42,491 nucleotides of DNA from Rikenella sp. (GTDB lineage: Bacteria; Bacteroidota; Bacteroidia; Bacteroidales; Rikenellaceae). Numbering within the stretch: the stretch's first letter is position 1; every line of letters starts with the position of its first letter. The notes beneath the pieces were generated by a model that searched no databases, had not been told where the DNA came from, and saw only the letters and a list, made by a program, of their open reading frames with translations. The position numbers and the translations under genes are program-made. The stretch covers positions 1 through 42,491 of the forward strand of contig JAIDFC010000031.1 in the NCBI GenBank assembly GCA_029054535.1. The letters run 5' to 3'. Positions 20,207-28,857 of this stretch are shown here, in pieces.

Positions 20207-22255
20207 TTAAGCCGCACTGTTCATCGCGCGTTCAATCAACATATCCTTATATGCATCGGGTAGATCATTAAAATAAGCGCTGAAACCCCACACCCGAACA
20301 ACCAAATGAGGATACAAAGAAGGGTCTGCTTTAGCCGCAATGAGTTGATCGACATTCAAGACATTGAGTTGCAGCTCATAGACTCCTTTCTGAAAAGCCA
20401 CCCGGAGAATCTGGACAAATTTTTCTCTATGCCGTACAAACTGATCCGAAAGAATAAAATCGACTACATTTCCGTTGATTTTATTACCCGAATAGTCCAG
20501 TTGTCCTGCGAAATCAATAATTTCGGCGAAATCAATCTCTTTGGAAACCGGCGAAATATGAGTAGCAAACGGTTCTCCATTACGCCGACCGTCCGGCGTG
20601 GCCGGCGTAATGGTTCCAGCAGCCAGATAAGCCGGAGAACTGAACCCGACTTTTGCTCGAGAACCATTGATCGTCGTTCGTTCGATCTTTCGAGCGACAA
20701 ACTCCATAATACGCCGAGAAAGAGCCAATACATCCGGATCCGAAAGACCAAATTTTTTGCTACCTAACCATAATCGTTCCCGTAACGATTCATATCCGAC
20801 ATAATTCTTCCGTAATGCTCGACATAATTCTCCATACGAGATCGTAACTCCCGACCCGAACACTTCCGTACTCACATTAAGCAACGAATTAACCGCATTT
20901 GGTAATCCGGTCGTTAAAAAACCGTGATAATTATATTTGGCTCCTCCGCAAGCAACATCGGCCCTATTCACCAGACAATCCTCCATCCAAAGTGATTGCA
21001 AAGGGGCACGATCAAATTCGATATGTTCTGACTTAACAGCAATACGGTCAATTTCACCGCCCAAGGCATCAAAAAATGCAGCCTCGAATGCCTCATACGA
21101 ACCGTATTCTTGGCTTTCGTCCATAATTCGCGCCACAATCAACGGCAAATTGATACTATCCGTACAATTGTTCTGATCAAACGATTTGCCAATAATCAAC
21201 GGTTCCCAGCAAGCCGAAGTTCCGAAATCGACCGTATCGGCTGCTTCATAACCAAACTGTTCCATCAATCCCCTGATTTTAGGATCATTAGCTAATAGTG
21301 GCGAACCATTCCCGCGCGACAGACAAGCAATGGCCTTAGCCCAAATCCCATCACTCGTCTGTTCTGAAACACGCAAAATCAATTTCGGATCCGGAACATT
21401 CAGTTCTGCAACAACCTCCAGAAACAAATGCGTCAAGTCATTCTCCACATAATCCCCCCCCCTATCTATCCCCGACAGAAGAATCACCTGTCCCGTATCG
21501 CCAATCATTCCTTCACTCTTGAAAGCTGTATGTGTTCCCAAAATTGAAACGAACTGACGAATCATCTCCTTAGCCCGCTCCCGATTCAACCGACCAGCCT
21601 CAACATCAGCCCGATAGTAAGGTTCCAAGATCACATCCAAACGTCCCAATCCGATATGACGTTGACGATTCATCCACATTAAAGCATTGAAAAAAAGAAT
21701 TTTTTGGAGTGCTTCATCCAACGACTCAGGAACCGTATCCATTATACGATCCAGGTAGACACGAATACGCCTGTCATGCACACCATACCATCCCAAAGCC
21801 CTTCTGCGAATACAATCTATGGCATCGATGGTCAAGACCATCGAACAACTGAAATCATCCGTAGCCTCCTGCATTTTTCGACGAACAGCCCACAGGTCCA
21901 TAGTCAACACTTTGGCATAATCCTGCGTCAAACTCACCACGGCTTGCGTTCCAGCCGGAATAATACGAATTACTTTCGTATCGAGCGGATAAAAATAAGG
22001 TTCTGTAATCATATGCGTAAACCGAATCCGCCGAGCGATGATAGCAAACTGACGAGCGGCAGCCCGATTCGGTTCCAATTCTCTCTCCGGATAAACCAAA
22101 CAACGTGTACAAGCATATCGAAACACATCCATCACTCTGCGAACCATTCCCCTTCCGGAACGATGAAATGAATAGTCCCGCACGATCAATTCACGCACAG
22201 CTCTTAATCGCATAGGGACCAACGGCTTAATCACCTTTTTGAGCAATCGTTTCAT
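20207..22255 (-). CDS. Glycyl radical enzyme (PFL-like superfamily, uncharacterised class)
   Basis: EALQ, GRLD..L.PYY, SACWEP Cys loop, ATPDGRRNGEP, QLNVL and LVVRVWGFSAYF glycyl-radical motif. Confidence 0.92.
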   Translation of the reverse strand: MKRLLKKVIKPLVPMRLRAVRELIVRDYSFHRSGRGMVRRVMDVFRYACTRCLVYPERELEPNRAAARQFAIIARRIRFTHMITEPYFYPLDTKVIRIIPAGTQAVVSLTQDYAKVLTMDLWAVRRKMQEATDDFSCSMVLTIDAIDCIRRRALGWYGVHDRRIRVYLDRIMDTVPESLDEALQKILFFNALMWMNRQRHIGLGRLDVILEPYYRADVEAGRLNRERAKEMIRQFVSILGTHTAFKSEGMIGDTGQVILLSGIDRGGDYVENDLTHLFLEVVAELNVPDPKLILRVSEQTSDGIWAKAIACLSRGNGSPLLANDPKIRGLMEQFGYEAADTVDFGTSACWEPLIIGKSFDQNNCTDSINLPLIVARIMDESQEYGSYEAFEAAFFDALGGEIDRIAVKSEHIEFDRAPLQSLWMEDCLVNRADVACGGAKYNYHGFLTTGLPNAVNSLLNVSTEVFGSGVTISYGELCRALRKNYVGYESLRERLWLGSKKFGLSDPDVLALSRRIMEFVARKIERTTINGSRAKVGFSSPAYLAAGTITPATPDGRRNGEPFATHISPVSKEIDFAEIIDFAGQLDYSGNKINGNVVDFILSDQFVRHREKFVQILRVAFQKGVYELQLNVLNVDQLIAAKADPSLYPHLVVRVWGFSAYFNDLPDAYKDMLIERAMNSAA

Positions 22256-23697
22256 CTCAAGTGTAATTTTGTATACAACTTATCCCGGATTTCCATTGCC
22301 ATCGGATCGCGAAATACAATAAGTTCCAACAGGATGAACGTCATAGCTGAACAAATTGTTATTCCGGTGAGCGACCCGATCGGAGAGTCGGACCATTGAA
22401 TAAACAAATATCCATACAGGAACATCGGAAGAGAGGCAATTATTGATTGGATCAATGGCCGATAATTCGGACGTATTTGAGGTACTAACCTATACGCAAA
22501 CCACATCACCATTCCTGTAACAATCGTTTCAGCTACTACGGAAGCCCATGAAGCCCCGACAGCTCCCCAACGCGGAATAAAAAACAGATTAAGCAAGAAA
22601 TTACTCCCCGTACCGAAAAGAACGGCATATAAAAACCATTTTTCGTTATCAGTAGGGACCAATATCTGTGGTCCGTAAAAATTATTGATTCCGATCAATA
22701 TCACAAGTAATGAAACAATCATCATCGACGGAACAGCTCCCACAAATTCGGCTCCGAAAAAAAACGGAACAAAAGGCGAAGAAATCACAACCAAACCAAT
22801 AGTAATCGGCGGAGCCAGAAGCGACATAAACGAAAATGACTTATCGGTTACCCGCCGCAACTCGGATATATCATTTTCCTTATACAAATGTGCGATCCGA
22901 GGAATCGCCACCATGGCCGAAGCAGTTACAACAGGCAATAACAATCGACTGATCTTGATCGCTGACGAATAGTACCCCACTTCGGTATATGTCGATAAAA
23001 AACCCAGCATCAACACATCGAGCATCGTATAAATGCTTATAGCCAGCGAAGAAAGCGAAAGAACAATCACCGGTTTCAAATGGCGTTTGATTTTTAATCT
23101 TCGCCAGCGTAACCGTACATCGTGCCGCAACATATAGACAAATGTCCATACCTGTGCCAACCCGTTCGTTAACGCATTAAGGACCAAATAAAGCAACAAA
23201 TCATTCGGCGTACGAATCCAAACAAATAAAATCATCAATCCCACCGCCTTGACTATCAGATTCCGAACAGCCGATATTTTGAGATTTTCACGGCCGGTAT
23301 AATACCAATCGACATTAAACGATGAAAACAGCAATCCTACACCAGCAGCCATCAAAAAAGGCCATTCCTGGCGCAAAGTAGGAACAACAGCAATCGATAC
23401 AACGTATCCCGCCGTAAAGATAAGCGAACTGACCAGCATAATATTGAATAACTCACTGACTACATAATCACGTTGAATCGGTGCATTTCGTAATTTTCCA
23501 ATCTCCCTCGTTCCATAGATCGGAATCCCCAAATAAATAAACAATGTAAAATATGAAGCATAAGTTAACGCAAAATTAACCACACCAATATTTTCTACAC
23601 CGAACACACGTGAGACATAAGGAACGGTAACAATAGGGACCGCAACGTTCAATACATTGATCAGTATATTGTAGATGACGTTTTTAGTTGCCGACAT
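22252..23697 (-). CDS. wzx: Polysaccharide flippase (Wzx)
   Basis: KNVIYN, PYVSRVFG, GIPIYGTREI, SIYTMLDVLMLG, VGYYS and IPRWGAVGASWASV motifs; multi-TM protein. Confidence 0.93.
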   Translation of the reverse strand: MSATKNVIYNILINVLNVAVPIVTVPYVSRVFGVENIGVVNFALTYASYFTLFIYLGIPIYGTREIGKLRNAPIQRDYVVSELFNIMLVSSLIFTAGYVVSIAVVPTLRQEWPFLMAAGVGLLFSSFNVDWYYTGRENLKISAVRNLIVKAVGLMILFVWIRTPNDLLLYLVLNALTNGLAQVWTFVYMLRHDVRLRWRRLKIKRHLKPVIVLSLSSLAISIYTMLDVLMLGFLSTYTEVGYYSSAIKISRLLLPVVTASAMVAIPRIAHLYKENDISELRRVTDKSFSFMSLLAPPITIGLVVISSPFVPFFFGAEFVGAVPSMMIVSLLVILIGINNFYGPQILVPTDNEKWFLYAVLFGTGSNFLLNLFFIPRWGAVGASWASVVAETIVTGMVMWFAYRLVPQIRPNYRPLIQSIIASLPMFLYGYLFIQWSDSPIGSLTGITICSAMTFILLELIVFRDPMAMEIRDKLYTKLHLR

Positions 23698-23765
23698 GAA
23701 AAAATATCATTTAAGCACTTCCATTTGCCACGCTCTCATAGAGACTGAAGTGATTCTCTTTTACA

Positions 23766-23773
23766 CAAAGGTA
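23766..23773 (-). promoter_or_regulatory. Bacteroidota -7 element (TACCTTTG) facing the polysaccharide operon
   Basis: caaaggta on the + strand reads TACCTTTG on the minus strand, 68 nt upstream of the wzx ATG. Confidence 0.65.
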
Positions 23774-23964
23774 AGGATTTCATTTCAATCTACTTGAATT
23801 TGAGAATTCAGAGATTTTAACATTTACCGAATAGACATTCAGTTATGCATTTCAGAAGCGAATCTCTATTTTTTAGTGGCAAAAATCTGATTAAAACAAT
23901 CGGATCGGCCGGGAAACAGTACCGTTTTTCGTATATTCGGGGCATGGAAATCGACCGAAATACG

Positions 23965-26148
23965 ATGAAAAAAAGACTCTTACTGCTCGGAATGGCTCTT
24001 GTCGCGACTACCAGCGTCGCTTGCGGGGCCGCCAAAACGCGAGCCAACTCCGGAACGAAGCCGCAGCCCGTGCGGGTGGCCTGCGTCGGGAACAGCATCA
24101 CGTACGGGATGCTCGTCGAAGACCGTGAACGGAACTGCTACCCCGCTGTGCTGGGTCGGATGCTCGGAGCGGGATACGACGTGCGGAACTTCGGCCACAG
24201 CGGCGCCACACTCCTCAACCGGGGGCACAACCCATATACCAAGACCCCGGAGTATGCCGATGCCGTTGCTTTTCGACCCGATATCGCCGTAATCCACCTC
24301 GGGATCAACGATACCGATCCGCGGAACTGGCCCAATTATCGGGACGAGTTCATTCCGGATTACACCGCGCTGATCGACAGCTTTCGACGGGCCAATCCGA
24401 CGGTGAAGATCTACGTTTGCCGGATGACCCCGATCCCGCATCGGCATCGGCGGTTCAAAGCCGGGACACGCGAGTGGCACCGCCAGATCCAGGAGGCCAT
24501 CGAACGGGTGGCTGCGGCTCAGGGAACCGGACTGATCGATCTCGAGCCTGTTTTGAAAGACCGGCCCGAGCTGTTGCCCGACGCCGTACATCCGAACGTC
24601 GAGGGGGCGAGGCTGCTGGCCGAGCGGATCTACAGCGCCCTGACGGGCGATTACGGGGGACTGCGGATGTCGCCGATCTACACCGACCGTATGGTGTTGC
24701 AACGCGGATTCGAGACCCGGATCGGCGGCGTGGCCGATGCGGGTCGGACGGTGAGCGTGGCGGTTTCCGACAGCGTGCGGCGGAGGCGGAACGGAGGGGC
24801 GAAACCACTCGGCAAGATTTATGCTTCCGGGACTGCGTCGGTGGGCGAGGACGGTCGGTGGGAAGTGCGATTGCCGTTGAAAGAGGTGTTGCTCTCGGGC
24901 GTGCTGACCGTCGCGACCGAAGACACGACGGCCGTCTATCGGGACGTGGCGGTGGGGGATGTGTGGATGGCCAGCGGACAGTCCAATATGTCGTGGCCGG
25001 TGGCGAACGCGGCCGAGCGGGCCGAAGCGAGACCGAATCCGAACATTCGACTCTTCCGGGCGAATCCGACCTTCGCCGACGAACGAGGAGAGCTGGACAG
25101 CACGGAACTCGCCCGGCTCAACCGACTGGACTATATCCGCAACCCGGCCGGTTGGGTGCTGGGGAGCGATCGGAAAGCGATGGAAGAATTTTCGGCCGTA
25201 GCCTGGTTTTTCGGCCAGATGCTGACCGATTCGTTGATGCCCGGCGTGCCGATCGGCCTGATCGAGACCTCGTTGGGAGGCGCCCCGGCCGAAGCGTTCG
25301 TGGCCCGTCGACGGTTGGAAGACGACCCGACCCTGGTGGACGTGCTCTACGACTGGCGGACGAACGAGATGGCGCAGCCGTGGGTTCGAGACGTGATTCA
25401 GGGCAACTTGAAAAAGGTCGAGAATCCGTTGCAGCGGCACTTTTTCGAACCCGCTTACTTGTACGAGAGTCGGATCGCTCCGCTGGCCTCGGGGTACGAT
25501 GCGCTGGGGGTGATCTGGTACCAGGGGGAGAGCAATGCCCACAACGTGGAGTTGCACGAGCGGCTGTTTCCGGCCGTCGTGGAGAGCTTTCGCGAAGCGT
25601 TCGGACGTCCGTCGATGGCATTTCACTTCATACAGCTGTCGTCGCACGACCGTCCCAGCTGGCCGCACTTCCGCGACAGCCAGCGGCGGCTGGCCGAGGC
25701 ACTGCCTCGGGTCGAGATGGTGGTGAGTTCGGATCTGGGGGACTCGACCGACGTCCACCCGCGGCGAAAGAAACCCGTCGGCGAGCGACTGGCGTTATCG
25801 ATTCCGCTCGGCAGAGCGATTCCTAAATATCCCGACTTCGAGTTTGCCGCCCGAAGCAACGATACGGTCTATTGTTTGGCCTCTTCAAGGCTTCGCACGT
25901 CGGACGGCGAGGCGCCGCGGACTTTCGAGCTGGCGGGCGAGGACGGCGTTTTCCACCCGGCACAAGCGCAAATCATCAACGGAGATGCCGAAATCGCCGT
26001 TTGGTCCGATCTTGTCAAAGAGCCTCGATGGGTGCGCTACGGGTGGCAACCGTTCACACGGGCCAACCTCTGCGGACGCTGGAAACGAGGCCACTGGATG
26101 CCGATTTCGACTTTCCAACTGCCGGTCGTCCGATCCTCGGGGCGGTAA
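23965..26148 (+). CDS. Sialate O-acetylesterase-like protein (N-terminal SGNH/GDSL domain plus SASA domain), exported
   Basis: ACVGNSITYG, HLGIND and DAVHPN motifs; then GDVWMASGQSNM, IWYQGESN and DVHP. Signal peptide MKKRLLLLGMALVATTSVAC. Alternative start at 23944. Confidence 0.88.
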   Translation: MKKRLLLLGMALVATTSVACGAAKTRANSGTKPQPVRVACVGNSITYGMLVEDRERNCYPAVLGRMLGAGYDVRNFGHSGATLLNRGHNPYTKTPEYADAVAFRPDIAVIHLGINDTDPRNWPNYRDEFIPDYTALIDSFRRANPTVKIYVCRMTPIPHRHRRFKAGTREWHRQIQEAIERVAAAQGTGLIDLEPVLKDRPELLPDAVHPNVEGARLLAERIYSALTGDYGGLRMSPIYTDRMVLQRGFETRIGGVADAGRTVSVAVSDSVRRRRNGGAKPLGKIYASGTASVGEDGRWEVRLPLKEVLLSGVLTVATEDTTAVYRDVAVGDVWMASGQSNMSWPVANAAERAEARPNPNIRLFRANPTFADERGELDSTELARLNRLDYIRNPAGWVLGSDRKAMEEFSAVAWFFGQMLTDSLMPGVPIGLIETSLGGAPAEAFVARRRLEDDPTLVDVLYDWRTNEMAQPWVRDVIQGNLKKVENPLQRHFFEPAYLYESRIAPLASGYDALGVIWYQGESNAHNVELHERLFPAVVESFREAFGRPSMAFHFIQLSSHDRPSWPHFRDSQRRLAEALPRVEMVVSSDLGDSTDVHPRRKKPVGERLALSIPLGRAIPKYPDFEFAARSNDTVYCLASSRLRTSDGEAPRTFELAGEDGVFHPAQAQIINGDAEIAVWSDLVKEPRWVRYGWQPFTRANLCGRWKRGHWMPISTFQLPVVRSSGR

Positions 26149-26164
26149 AGCGGACCGAAACGAC

Positions 26165-26172
26165 TATCTTTG
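26165..26172 (+). promoter_or_regulatory. Bacteroidota -7 element (TATCTTTG)
   Basis: Consensus TAnnTTTG, 41 nt upstream of the GH92 ATG. Confidence 0.65.
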
Positions 26173-26213
26173 CGACACATAATCCAAAACTCACACACAA
26201 CACACAGAGCAGT

Positions 26214-28514
26214 ATGAGATTCAAACACACGCTTCTCTACCAAACGATCGGCCTCGGCCTGTTGGCGGGCGGAGTGCTGACCGCTTGCACGGGCGGAGCC
26301 GCGGACCAGAGCGACGACCTGGCCCGGTACGTCGATCCCCGGATCGGATCGGCAGGACACGGACACGTTTTCGTCGGGGCCAACGTTCCGTTCGGCGGGG
26401 TACAACTCGGACCGACCAACATCACGCAAGGTTGGGACTGGTGTTCGGGGTATCATGCCAGCGACACCACCGTGGTGGGCTTCGCGCACACCCACCTGAG
26501 CGGGACCGGGATCGGCGACAAGGGAGACATTCTGTTGATGCCGCTGACGGGGCGCGTTTCGACGCCGGTCAAGGCGGCGAACTACCTGTCGACCTACTCG
26601 CACGCGCGGGAAGAGGCGCAGGCGGGTTATTACCGGACCCATCTGGATCGGTACGGCGTGGATGCCGAGCTGACCGCTACGGCTCGGACCGGTTTCCATC
26701 GGTACACCTTCCCGGCCACGGATTCGGCCCGCGTGCTGGTGAACCTCTTCAACGGCATCGGCTGGGACGCGGCCGATCAACTGCGCCTGGTGGCGGCCAA
26801 CGACTCCACGATCGAAGGGTACCGGATGTCGCGGGGTTGGGCGCCGGACGACCGGGTCTACTTCGTGGCCGAATTTTCGCGACCGTTCAGCGGGATGACT
26901 GTGTATGCCGACACGACGGTCGTTCCGGCCCGCGACGGGCGGCCGGAACGGACCGTCGTCGTGCCGCAGGCTTATGGGGTGCTCGACTTCGGGGCGTTGC
27001 CCGAAGGGGGGCAGATCGAAGCGCGCGTGGCGATCTCCGGGGTGAGCGTGGCCGGGGCGAAAGTCAACCTCGCCACCGAAGCGAAACGCGGCGACGGACA
27101 GGTGCGCTCGTTCGACGAGACCCGCGCGGAGGCGCGACAAGCCTGGAACGATCTGCTGGGCCACATGCGCGTCGAGTCGAACGATACGGCGCGGCTGCGG
27201 ACCTTCTATACGGCGGTTTATCACGCCTCGTTCTTCCCGGCGATCTTCAGCGACGCCACGGGCGAGTATCGCCGCGCCGACGGGTATCCCTCCAGGGACA
27301 CGAGCGACATCTACACGATCTTCTCGCTGTGGGACACCTACCGTTCGGCCCATCCGCTCTTCACGATCACCGCGCCGGAACGGGTCGGAGCCTTCGTGAA
27401 CAGCTTCATCCGCATCTTCGAGCAGCAGGGGAAGGTGCCGGTGTGGCACCTGGCGGGTAACGAAACCAATTGCATGGTGGGCGTTCCGTCCGTACAGGTC
27501 ATTGCGGACGCGATCCTGAAAGATATTCCGGGCTTCGACGTCGACAAGGCGTACAGCGCGATCGCCCTCTACTCGCGGCTCGATGAAAACGGTCTGAAAG
27601 AGGTTCGCGAACGGGGCTATATCCCGGCCGACGGCCAATGGGAATCGGTGGCCAAAGCACTGGAATACTGCATCAGCGACTGGAGCATCGCCCAGGCGGC
27701 CAAAAAGCTCGGGCGACAGGAGGATTACGAATACTTCCTCGAACGGTCGAAGAACTACCGCCACTACTTCGACACGACGGACCGCTTCATGAAGGGTCGG
27801 CTGGCGGACGGCAGCTGGCGGACACCATTCAACCCGCTCTACTCGACCCACCGCGAGGACGATTACTGCGAGGGGAACGCTTGGCAATATACGTGGCTCG
27901 TGCCACACGATTTCGAGGGATTGTTCGCGCTCTTCCCCTCGCCGGAGGCTGCGGAAGCGAAGCTCGACAGCACGTTCGCCGTACCGTACGACGGCGGTCC
28001 CAACGCCTCTCCGGACATCTCGGGACTCATCGGCCAGTACGCGCAGGGCAACGAACCGAACCATTCGACGATCTACGCCTATGCCTACCTGGGTAAGCAG
28101 TGGAAGACGGCGCGGTTGGCACGGCAAATCATGGACGAGTTCTTCACGGATCGGGTGGACGGCCTGTGCGGCAACGAAGATTGCGGCCAGATGTCGGCCT
28201 GGTATGTCTTCAACGCGTTGGGATTCTACCCGGCCAATCCGGTCAACGGGGCTTTCGTGCTGGGGAGTCCGGTGTTCGACCGGGTAACGTTCCCGGTGTC
28301 GGACGGACGGACTTTCACGGTGGTGGCCGAGAACAACGGACCGCAGAACATCTACATCCAGTCGGCCGTGCTGAACGGGAAACCTTACACCAAGGCATAC
28401 ATCACCTATCGCGATATTATGGACGGGGGTGAGTTGAGGCTGGTGATGGGTCCGGAGCCGAACGAGTCGTTCGGCGCGGCGACGGAGGATCGGCCGCGGT
28501 CGGAGATGCAATAG
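26214..28514 (+). CDS. Glycoside hydrolase family 92 (alpha-mannosidase), lipoprotein
   Basis: YVDPRIG, GANVPFG, DWCSGY, HTHLSGTG, FSLWDTYR, EGNAWQY, GNEP and GNEDCGQMSAWY motifs; lipobox LTAC. Confidence 0.95.
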   Translation: MRFKHTLLYQTIGLGLLAGGVLTACTGGAADQSDDLARYVDPRIGSAGHGHVFVGANVPFGGVQLGPTNITQGWDWCSGYHASDTTVVGFAHTHLSGTGIGDKGDILLMPLTGRVSTPVKAANYLSTYSHAREEAQAGYYRTHLDRYGVDAELTATARTGFHRYTFPATDSARVLVNLFNGIGWDAADQLRLVAANDSTIEGYRMSRGWAPDDRVYFVAEFSRPFSGMTVYADTTVVPARDGRPERTVVVPQAYGVLDFGALPEGGQIEARVAISGVSVAGAKVNLATEAKRGDGQVRSFDETRAEARQAWNDLLGHMRVESNDTARLRTFYTAVYHASFFPAIFSDATGEYRRADGYPSRDTSDIYTIFSLWDTYRSAHPLFTITAPERVGAFVNSFIRIFEQQGKVPVWHLAGNETNCMVGVPSVQVIADAILKDIPGFDVDKAYSAIALYSRLDENGLKEVRERGYIPADGQWESVAKALEYCISDWSIAQAAKKLGRQEDYEYFLERSKNYRHYFDTTDRFMKGRLADGSWRTPFNPLYSTHREDDYCEGNAWQYTWLVPHDFEGLFALFPSPEAAEAKLDSTFAVPYDGGPNASPDISGLIGQYAQGNEPNHSTIYAYAYLGKQWKTARLARQIMDEFFTDRVDGLCGNEDCGQMSAWYVFNALGFYPANPVNGAFVLGSPVFDRVTFPVSDGRTFTVVAENNGPQNIYIQSAVLNGKPYTKAYITYRDIMDGGELRLVMGPEPNESFGAATEDRPRSEMQ

Positions 28515-28533
28515 CGGCGGGGATGATGCGACG

Positions 28534-28578
28534 AAACACGGTGCAAATTTTCGGAAATTTGCACCGTGTTTTCTTTTT
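28534..28578 (+). terminator. Intrinsic terminator after GH92
   Basis: 17-bp perfect stem aaacacggtgcaaattt/aaatttgcaccgtgttt with a 4-nt loop, followed by a T-rich tract. Confidence 0.8.
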
Positions 28579-28588
28579 GCTACCTTTG
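28558..28588 (+). promoter_or_regulatory. Bacteroidota sigma-A promoter (TTTG-N19-TACCTTTG)
   Basis: -33 TTTG at 28558-28561 and -7 TACCTTTG at 28581-28588 with canonical spacing. Confidence 0.75.
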
Positions 28589-28643
28589 TTCGTATTCAAA
28601 CCGACTTGCCGATGAGATAAACCCTCTTTGTTAGGACATACAT

Positions 28644-28809
28644 AAAAGCGTTTAGCTTCACTTTTTGCTATCCGAAACTTAGACACTTTCATTAGCAACC
28701 AAAAGTAAAGCGGTAACGCTCACGTGGCGACACGTGGGCTTTACTTATTTGGTTGCATAGGTAGTCTAAGACCTCGGATAGCAAATAAGATTCAAGGCCC
28801 ACGCTTTTT
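28644..28809 (+). ncRNA. Putative structured cis-regulatory leader RNA (copy 1)
   Basis: Nested stems at 28664-75/28774-85, 28678-84/28764-70, 28695-703/28748-56 and 28704-11/28738-45, with a GCGA-capped apex. Same architecture as 40024-40194. Confidence 0.7.
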
Positions 28810-28857
28810 GTTTGTATACATTTCCTTTTTTACTCACCAAAAACAAACAAAAAAGCC

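Noticed and set aside
20207-22255. Annotation as pyruvate formate-lyase (pflB) with pflA
   Set aside because: It lacks the adjacent Cys-Cys active-site pair (it has SACWEP), so only superfamily membership is supported.
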